Positions 57,671 to 64,000 of a stretch of 64,000 nt of DNA are shown here, piece by piece (the stretch's first letter is position 1; every line of letters starts with the position of its first letter). The stretch comes from Myxococcales bacterium. Lineage in GTDB: Bacteria > Myxococcota_A > Polyangia > Polyangiales > GCA-016699535. The position numbers and the translations under genes are program-made. The notes under the pieces were generated by a model, which was not told where the DNA came from, made no database searches, and worked only from the letters and a program-made list of their open reading frames with translations. The stretch spans positions 1,425,728 through 1,489,727 of the forward strand of contig CP064980.1 in the NCBI GenBank assembly GCA_016699535.1, in the 5' to 3' direction.

Positions 57671-58492
57671 ATGATTCGAGTGCTTTTTTTCGTGCTTAGT
57701 TGCGCGCTTCTTGGTTGCGGCGCGCGTTCTTGTCCTTCGAAGTCGCCTCGTTCGGTAAAGCAGGCGTTGCAGTTGCATCAAAGCATGCATGCCTATTTGT
57801 CATCGCTCAGGGCTGAAGCACGCGTGGAGCAATACGATCGTCATGGTCGCATCAAAGGGACGGTGATGATGTTTGTTATGCGGCCTGATCGTGTACGCTT
57901 TGATATGCTTACGCAGTTTGGTCCGGCAGCTATTCTGACCAGCAAAGGTCCGAGTTTTCAGTTCAGTGATTTTAAGGCCAAAAAGTTTAGCTCTGGCTTA
58001 ACGTGTCCGGGCAACATTGCACGGCTGATTGGGATGAATCTAAGTGCTGAAGAGCTTGGCAAACTGCTTTTTGCTGAAGTGCCTGAGATGCCTGCAGCGC
58101 GCACGAGTATGATGTGCACTTCCGAAGGCTACTATCGTTTGATGCGTTATTCAAAAGATGGCCGTCGCCAAGAAATCGACTTTGATGTGCGCGGAGCCGA
58201 TCGCGATAAAAGTATTGAAGAGCAGCGTCTAAGGCTTGTGCGCATTGAGCTTTATGACTCACAAAACAGGCGGCAGTGGAAAGTACTCTACGATGAGTAC
58301 AAGGTGCTTTCTCTGCCCGGCCATGCCATGGGGATTGCGATGCCACATCGCGTTGAGTTTTTTGATGGTTACCGAGGGAGCGAGGTGCTTTTGAAGTTCA
58401 AAAAAATCGACCTCAACGTTTCGATAGAATCTACAATCTTTGATCAAGAGGCCCGGCCCGGTATGACACTCGAGGAAAACCTGTGCGAATGA
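57671..58492 (+). CDS. Hypothetical lipoprotein (LolA/LolB-like or DUF4292-like)
   Basis: MIRVLFFVLSCALLGC lipobox. The size and beta-rich pattern suggest a lipoprotein-carrier-like fold. Weak assignment. Confidence 0.65.
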   Translation: MIRVLFFVLSCALLGCGARSCPSKSPRSVKQALQLHQSMHAYLSSLRAEARVEQYDRHGRIKGTVMMFVMRPDRVRFDMLTQFGPAAILTSKGPSFQFSDFKAKKFSSGLTCPGNIARLIGMNLSAEELGKLLFAEVPEMPAARTSMMCTSEGYYRLMRYSKDGRRQEIDFDVRGADRDKSIEEQRLRLVRIELYDSQNRRQWKVLYDEYKVLSLPGHAMGIAMPHRVEFFDGYRGSEVLLKFKKIDLNVSIESTIFDQEARPGMTLEENLCE

Positions 58493-58547
58493 AGAAGTTT
58501 ATCAAAAGATGAGCGAATAGCGCCAAAATGCTATAACGTTCGAAGCT

Positions 58548-59537
58548 ATGGATAGTCCTCTTTTAGACATACAGAACCTTGCGGTTGATTTTCGTACCGA
58601 CGAAGGGGTGCTGCGTGCCGTCGATGGCGTCTCTTTTCGCGTCAATAAAGGGAGCGTTGTTGGCGTGGTCGGCGAGAGCGGGTGCGGTAAAAGTGTAACC
58701 TCGCTGGCCATTATGAGACTTATTCCTGAGCCGCCTGGCAAGATTGCTCGTGGCGAGATTCGTTTCGATGAGCAGCCACTGTTGGCTCTTTCGAATAAAG
58801 CGATGCGACGTTTGCGCGGCAACCGTATGGCAATGATTTTTCAGGAGCCGATGACGTCTCTTAATCCTGTCTACACGGTAGGGCAGCAGATTGTTGAAGG
58901 CATCCGGGTGCATCAGCGCATGACTCGAAAAGATGCATATAAGAAAGCTGTGCGACTGCTTGGTTTAGTCGGTATTCCGTCGCCATCGGAGCGCGTTCAC
59001 AGTTATCCACACGAACTCTCTGGCGGGATGCGCCAACGTGTGATGATCGCGATGGCGCTTAGCTGCGATCCTGAGCTTTTGATTGCCGATGAACCCACGA
59101 CGGCGCTTGATGTGACTATTCAAGCGCAGATTTTGGAACTGCTCAAAAAGCTACAAGCGGAGCGGGGCATGAGCATTTTACTTGTGACTCATGATCTCGG
59201 CGTGGTCTCTGAGTTTGCCGATGAAATTGTGGTCATGTACGCCGGCAAAGTTGTAGAACATGCTCTTAGTCGTGATTTGTTTAAGAACCCGTCGCATCCT
59301 TATACACAAGGCCTTTTGCGAAGCGTGCCGGGCTACAAAGACAATACCAAAGCGAAACGATTGCCTACGATTGCAGGTGTCGTTCCAGATCTTCGCGATT
59401 TGCCCAAGGGCTGTCGTTTTCAGGATCGCTGCTCGCGTGTGATCGATCGCTGCCGCGAGAAAGAGCCCGATTTATTGTCCATTGAAGAGCATCATGAAGT
59501 GGCATGCTTTGTTGCGCAGGCGGAGCAGATTTCATGA
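58548..59537 (+). CDS. Oligopeptide/dipeptide ABC transporter ATP-binding protein (OppD/DppD-type)
   Basis: Walker A GESGCGKS, signature LSGGMRQR, Walker [13 protein letters not shown], and the C-terminal oligopeptide-ATPase extension (HPYTQGLL...C.F..RC). Confidence 0.9.
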   Translation: MDSPLLDIQNLAVDFRTDEGVLRAVDGVSFRVNKGSVVGVVGESGCGKSVTSLAIMRLIPEPPGKIARGEIRFDEQPLLALSNKAMRRLRGNRMAMIFQEPMTSLNPVYTVGQQIVEGIRVHQRMTRKDAYKKAVRLLGLVGIPSPSERVHSYPHELSGGMRQRVMIAMALSCDPELLIADEPTTALDVTIQAQILELLKKLQAERGMSILLVTHDLGVVSEFADEIVVMYAGKVVEHALSRDLFKNPSHPYTQGLLRSVPGYKDNTKAKRLPTIAGVVPDLRDLPKGCRFQDRCSRVIDRCREKEPDLLSIEEHHEVACFVAQAEQIS

Positions 59538-60511
59538 CTGAAGCCTTGGTTCACGTTGATCATCTGAGTAAGAAATTTAAAGTACGGAGTGGCTTTCTCG
59601 GAAGAAAGCCGGTCTATCTTCAGGCTGTCGATAGCGTTAGCTTGGACGTTTTTCCGAAGGAGACCGTTGGGCTTGTGGGCGAGTCAGGCTGCGGGAAAAG
59701 CACTTTTGGACGTTTGCTTCTAAGGCTGCTCGAGCCCACGGCGGGGCGCATCTTTTTTGAAGGCAAGGAACTTACCGAACTTAGCACTAAGGCCATGAGA
59801 CCACTGCGCAAGCGCATGCAAATCGTGTTTCAAGATCCTTACAGCTCGCTCAATCCGCGGATGTCGATTGGCTCTGCGCTAAGCGAAGCCATGCATGTGC
59901 ATCACTTGGTTGAGTCACGTAAAGATGCAAAAGATCGCGTTCAGAAACTGCTCGAACGTGTCGGCCTTCGAAAAGAACATGCGAATCGCTATCCACATGA
60001 GTTTTCCGGTGGTCAGAGGCAGCGCATAGGGATTGCAAGAGCGCTTGCTGTCGAGCCTTCGTTTATTGTGTGCGATGAGCCGGTGAGTGCGCTTGATGTT
60101 TCCATTCAAGCTCAGGTGGTTAACTTACTCAAAGACTTGCAGGAAGAATTTGAGCTGAGCTATTTATTTATTGCTCACGATCTAAAAGTAGTTGAATTCA
60201 TGTCAGAGCGCGTGGCGGTGATGTACTTGGGCAAAATCGTTGAGCTCACCTCCTCGCAACGGCTCTACGAAGAAGCAGCGCACCCTTATACGAAAGCCCT
60301 GCTGAGTGCGGTTCCAGTGCCCGATCCAGACCGAAAACAGACCCGGTTGATATTGAAGGGCGATGTGCCGAGTCCGATTACACCGCCGAGTGGCTGTCAT
60401 TTTCATCCACGTTGTCCCATCGCGCAAAAGGGTTTGTGTGATGTGCAAGCACCTGAGCTTCGCGAGCTTCAAGCAGGACATCAAGTGGCTTGTCATCTTG
60501 CAGAAGGTTAG
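59534..60511 (+). CDS. Oligopeptide/dipeptide ABC transporter ATP-binding protein (OppF/DppF-type)
   Basis: ATG at 59534 overlaps the preceding stop (ATGA). [43 protein letters not shown]...GCHFHPRC. Confidence 0.9.
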   Translation: MTEALVHVDHLSKKFKVRSGFLGRKPVYLQAVDSVSLDVFPKETVGLVGESGCGKSTFGRLLLRLLEPTAGRIFFEGKELTELSTKAMRPLRKRMQIVFQDPYSSLNPRMSIGSALSEAMHVHHLVESRKDAKDRVQKLLERVGLRKEHANRYPHEFSGGQRQRIGIARALAVEPSFIVCDEPVSALDVSIQAQVVNLLKDLQEEFELSYLFIAHDLKVVEFMSERVAVMYLGKIVELTSSQRLYEEAAHPYTKALLSAVPVPDPDRKQTRLILKGDVPSPITPPSGCHFHPRCPIAQKGLCDVQAPELRELQAGHQVACHLAEG

Positions 60512-60517
60512 TTGGCG

Positions 60518-61171
60518 ATGGCGCAGCGAGTGTTACGCGTGCTGTTTATCGGTAACAGCTACACATTTTATCACGAGATGCCAAAGTTAGTGCAATCACT
60601 TGCTCAAGGCCAAATCCCGATGGAGTGCGAGTATTCAGCGCGTGGTGGCGTGGACTTACGTTTGCATTGGCGCAAGATGAAGAGTCGAAAAAGAGTTGAA
60701 GAGGGCGATTGGAATCACGTTGTTGTGCAGGAGCGTAGCAGCGACCCTTTGCATTCGGGATTGAAGTTTTATTGGTATGGTTTGCGCTTTGTGCGGGCAG
60801 CGCATCGCATTGGAGCAAAACCTCTCCTTTTTCAAACTTGGCCACGCAAAGCCGGTCACGAGCTGTATCAATCGGCATGGTCTGGTGAAAATCCTGAACG
60901 GATGCTCGAAAAGATAAGTAGTGCCTATCAAAAACTTGCCGCGATGTCTGATGCAAGCGTTATCCCGGTTGGCGAGAAATGGTGGAAGGTCTTGCAGCAT
61001 TTTCCTGGTATTGAGCTTTACGATGAAGATGGTCATCACGCCTCATTGGCTGGCGCCTATCTTACGGCCTGCACCTTTGCTCAAGCCTTCGGCGTCGACC
61101 TCAAGCAGACAGACTTTGTACCAAAAGATCTAAACCCAGAGTTAGCCCGCTGTCTTCGTGATTCAGTGTAG
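60518..61171 (+). CDS. SGNH/GDSL-hydrolase-like protein (DUF4886-like)
   Basis: RVLFIGNSYTFYHEMP N-terminal block is typical of the SGNH-like fold. DEDGHHASLAG sits near the C-terminus. Family call is tentative. Confidence 0.6.
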   Translation: MAQRVLRVLFIGNSYTFYHEMPKLVQSLAQGQIPMECEYSARGGVDLRLHWRKMKSRKRVEEGDWNHVVVQERSSDPLHSGLKFYWYGLRFVRAAHRIGAKPLLFQTWPRKAGHELYQSAWSGENPERMLEKISSAYQKLAAMSDASVIPVGEKWWKVLQHFPGIELYDEDGHHASLAGAYLTACTFAQAFGVDLKQTDFVPKDLNPELARCLRDSV

Positions 61172-61193
61172 ACATATACTTCCTAACCCCACA

Positions 61194-61472
61194 CCCCCGC
61201 GAGCAGCGCGAGCCCGCAGGGGAGGGGAGCCGACGCGCGAAGCGCGCTCGGGAGGGGATTGTCGTAAATCCCCTCTTTGGAGCGCTGCTACGCAGCGGTC
61301 CAACCAGTTAAAGCTAAAAACTTAACCAGTTCCAAAATTACCTACCCAATCACCCCGCGAGCAGCGCGAGCCCGCAGGGGAGGGAGCCGACGCGCGAAGC
61401 GCGCTCGGGAGGGGATTGTTGTGAATCCCCTCTTTGGAGCGCTGCTGCGCAGCGGTACAAACAGTCAAAGCT
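61194..61472. repeat. Second locus of the multi-hairpin intergenic repeat family: two units (61194-61313, 61354-61472) with the conserved spacer
   Basis: Same unit, spacer and orientation as 26148-26421. See the alignment in the findings. Confidence 0.8.
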
Positions 61473-61590
61473 AAAGAGCCCACCAACTTAAAAAATGTTT
61501 ATCGAACACCTGGCTTGCAAAGCAACGAGCCAAATAGCAAATCACCAAAAGCACTTGCAAATCTGTGGCTCTAATCGAATACTGGCGAGC

Positions 61591-62262
61591 ATGCAGCAAC
61601 AGCTGGATGAAGTAGAACGAAAACGGCTTTTTGAGTCCTACGGGCGTGAACATCGCGCTGGAGAGAGCATTTTTCACGAAGGTGATGCAAGTGACCTTTG
61701 CTATTTGCTTCAAGAAGGTCGCGTTCGCCTCGCCAAACAAATCCGTGGGATTGAGCGCGGGATGTCGGTTTTACGGCCGGGTGAGTTGTTTGGTGAAGAT
61801 GCGCTCGTTTCAAAAGGTGTACGGGCAAATAGCGCGATTGCGCTCAGTGACGTCACCACCCTTGCTTTCGATCGAGAAACCTTTGGCATGTTGCTTTCCA
61901 ATAACCCGGACGTTGGATTTAGGCTGCTTGAGCAATTGGTGCATCGCTTGCGGGACGCAGAGGAACGTCTCGAAAACAGCATGCTTCGTGACCATCCTTC
62001 ACGCGTGATCAATACATTACTCAAGCTCGCTGGCGCTTCAAAGTCTAAAGCAAGCCCTTTGACTTTGGATCTTTCACCCTTGGAACTGTCCGGTAGAGCG
62101 GGGCTCGATGTCGATGCTGTTAAAGCAGTAGTATTGCAACTGCGAGAAGGCGGCTACATTAAAATTCAACAAGAACAGTTGGTCATCATGGACGTTGATG
62201 CACTGAAGCGTCTTTATGAATTGCTAGGCGTCAAAGAAGAGGTGCGTGGCGATCGCGAATAG
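61591..62262 (+). CDS. Crp/Fnr-family transcriptional regulator (cNMP-binding domain plus wHTH)
   Basis: ATG at 61591. IFHEGDASDLCYLLQEGRVRL...PGELFGEDAL cNMP-binding pattern. C-terminal HTH region (SPLELSGRAGLDVDAVKAVVLQL). Confidence 0.8.
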   Translation: MQQQLDEVERKRLFESYGREHRAGESIFHEGDASDLCYLLQEGRVRLAKQIRGIERGMSVLRPGELFGEDALVSKGVRANSAIALSDVTTLAFDRETFGMLLSNNPDVGFRLLEQLVHRLRDAEERLENSMLRDHPSRVINTLLKLAGASKSKASPLTLDLSPLELSGRAGLDVDAVKAVVLQLREGGYIKIQQEQLVIMDVDALKRLYELLGVKEEVRGDRE

Positions 62263-62271
62263 AGAATTTGT

Positions 62272-64000
62272 TTAGAGCTGTATTTTTATTTCTTTCGACT
62301 CTAAACTGTCTTTAAGTGGCAAGGTTAGCGTTCCATTGGACTCAACGCTAAAGCTTTTGCCGTTTTTCTTGTCGAGGATTTTACCATTGATTTGAACGGT
62401 TTTCGGAGAGCCCTGCAGGCCATGAATCTGTAAGATTAATTGCCGTGTCTTTGGCTGAAACTCGCCCTCAATTTTTTCGATTTTAATGTCAATGTGCTCT
62501 TTGTCGCGATGTTGCGAAAAACGTCTTAGCAAATAATCGCCAGCTTTATAGGCCATACTTAAAGCGTCATCTTCATAATACTCCTTGGAAGAATCGTTAG
62601 CAGGAAAGATATCAACGCGAAGCGCTTTGTCGGCAAGCGCATCACTGAATTGCACTTGATCTTTTGTAAATATAAAAGCGCCCTCTCGGACAAAAATAGG
62701 GATGCTTTTTAGTGTGACTTGAAGTGTATGTGTCTGAGCTCCTTCGTAGGTAGTGGTGCTTTGCAGATCGAACCACGTGCCTTCTGGAAGGTAGACTTCA
62801 CGGGTATTTACGCCTGGCCAAAGTACCGGTGCAAGCAAGAGTGAATCTCCAAACATACTAAGTTCACTGTTGCGCCAGCTTTGTTCATCGAGCGGAAACT
62901 CCATAAACAACGGACGAAGTGCTGGGATGCCTGTCTGCGATGCCAGTCTCATTTCGTTGTAAATGTGAGGTAAAAATCGGTAACGCATCTCGATAGCAGC
63001 ACGGTTTAGCGCTTCGTGGTCTTTGCCGTAAGACCAGGGTTCTTGATCGGGCGTGCCAAAGGTCGTGTGCGCTCTAAAAAAGGGGCTAAATACGGCCGAT
63101 TGAAGCCAGCGTGTGAAAAGCTCGGAGGTAGGCGCCCCCATAAATCCACCAACATCGCTGCCGACAAAAGCGAAGCCTGAAAGCCCTAGTCCCATATGCA
63201 TGGGGATGCTTTGCCTTAGTGCGTTCCAACTGCTTTGATTATCCCCCGGCCACACCGCTGCATAGCGTTGTCCACCAGCAAAACTGGCGCGACTAAGGAC
63301 AAGGGGTCGCATTTCCGGTCGAAGTTGTTTGAGACCGCTATGGGTGGCTTGTGTCATGAGCATGCCGTAGACATTGTGAATCTCGCGGTGGTCCGTGGGT
63401 CGTCCGTCGTTCTTATGTTGGACATCGAGCGCAAAGGTGCCCGTGGCTGTATTGAACACAGCAGGCTCGTTCATGTCGTTCCAAATGCCGGCAATGCCGA
63501 TGTCGAGCAAAGGTTTGTAGAGACTTCCCCACCAATCACGCGTTTTACTGGAGCTAAAATCCGGAAAGACGCTATCTGCCGGACTGTTCTCCGCCATCGA
63601 GGGCCAAACGGGGGCCTCGTAAATGCTTCCATCTTTGTTGGTTACAAAATGCCCGCCTGCGATCCCTTGATCGTAAACGTGATAGCCGACTTCTTTTTTG
63701 GGATGCGCATCAATGATGCTCACCACGCGAAAATTTTGCTTTCTTAGATCCGCAATGAGTTTTGCTGGATCGGGAAAACGTTTTGTATCCCAAGTGAAGG
63801 GTTTATAATCCTGGAGATAGTGGATATCAAGCCACAAGGTATCGGCCGGTATGTTTCGCTTTCGAAAATTATCCGCAATTGCGCGCAGCTTTGCCTCGGG
63901 ATAATAACTGTACCGGCATTGATGAAAACCGAGCGCCCACATCGGCGGCAGCTGCATGCGTCCCGTAAGCTCAGTGTATCGTTCGGTGACTTTCTTAGGT
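62272..64000 (-). CDS. Glycoside hydrolase family 31 alpha-glucosidase. The N-terminus is outside the window.
   Basis: GFHQCRYSY, DTLWLDIHY, GIWNDMNEPAVF (catalytic nucleophile region) and GDNQSSW. The ORF is open to the window end. Confidence 0.9.
   Translation of the reverse strand, partial: PKKVTERYTELTGRMQLPPMWALGFHQCRYSYYPEAKLRAIADNFRKRNIPADTLWLDIHYLQDYKPFTWDTKRFPDPAKLIADLRKQNFRVVSIIDAHPKKEVGYHVYDQGIAGGHFVTNKDGSIYEAPVWPSMAENSPADSVFPDFSSSKTRDWWGSLYKPLLDIGIAGIWNDMNEPAVFNTATGTFALDVQHKNDGRPTDHREIHNVYGMLMTQATHSGLKQLRPEMRPLVLSRASFAGGQRYAAVWPGDNQSSWNALRQSIPMHMGLGLSGFAFVGSDVGGFMGAPTSELFTRWLQSAVFSPFFRAHTTFGTPDQEPWSYGKDHEALNRAAIEMRYRFLPHIYNEMRLASQTGIPALRPLFMEFPLDEQSWRNSELSMFGDSLLLAPVLWPGVNTREVYLPEGTWFDLQSTTTYEGAQTHTLQVTLKSIPIFVREGAFIFTKDQVQFSDALADKALRVDIFPANDSSKEYYEDDALSMAYKAGDYLLRRFSQHRDKEHIDIKIEKIEGEFQPKTRQLILQIHGLQGSPKTVQINGKILDKKNGKSFSVESNGTLTLPLKDSLESKEIKIQL

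Overview
The window looks like a moderate-GC Myxococcota or delta-proteobacterial-type chromosome. This taxonomic call is an inference from gene content: several eukaryotic-like Ser/Thr kinases, DUF4388 domains, an MXAN_5187-like protein, and RCC1 and FG-GAP lipoproteins.

Positions 1-37.1 kb and 57.6-64 kb are mostly ordinary core genes:
- hslO, tsaD, cystathionine beta-synthase, priA, dinB
- def-fmt with a PduO-type adenosyltransferase
- fabH, tRNA-Leu(CAA), tdk
- a homocysteine-methyltransferase/MTHFR fusion
- OppD/OppF-type ATPases, a Crp-family regulator and a GH31 glucosidase

Positions 37.16-57.6 kb form an accessory island.
- It is bracketed by direct IS4-family remnants.
- It carries debris of IS481-, IS3- and IS91/ISCR-like elements, a possible group II intron fragment and two transporter gene stubs.
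- Otherwise it holds almost only lipoprotein or secreted-protein genes: an S1 protease, an MbnP-like protein with an unknown partner, an FG-GAP protein, Cys-rich-repeat proteins with RCC1 or SBBP beta-propellers, and a GxGYxYP-like protein.

The most notable observations are:
1. Three tandem modules, each starting with the same 36-bp IS91/ISCR-like end followed by one large lipoprotein gene.
2. A lipoprotein paralog family sharing a C-G-R-[IL]-G-[FY]-D post-lipobox motif.
3. A dispersed multi-hairpin intergenic repeat family at 26.1-26.5 kb and 61.2-61.5 kb, with compensatory stem substitutions.
4. An orphan FlhB/YscU-like gene with a degenerate NPTH site, coupled to priA.
5. Many single-base frameshifts at homopolymers, including one in essential tsaD. 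These probably reflect consensus errors rather than gene decay.

No CRISPR array, rRNA or prophage was seen. All family assignments come from motif recognition by eye. No searches were run.
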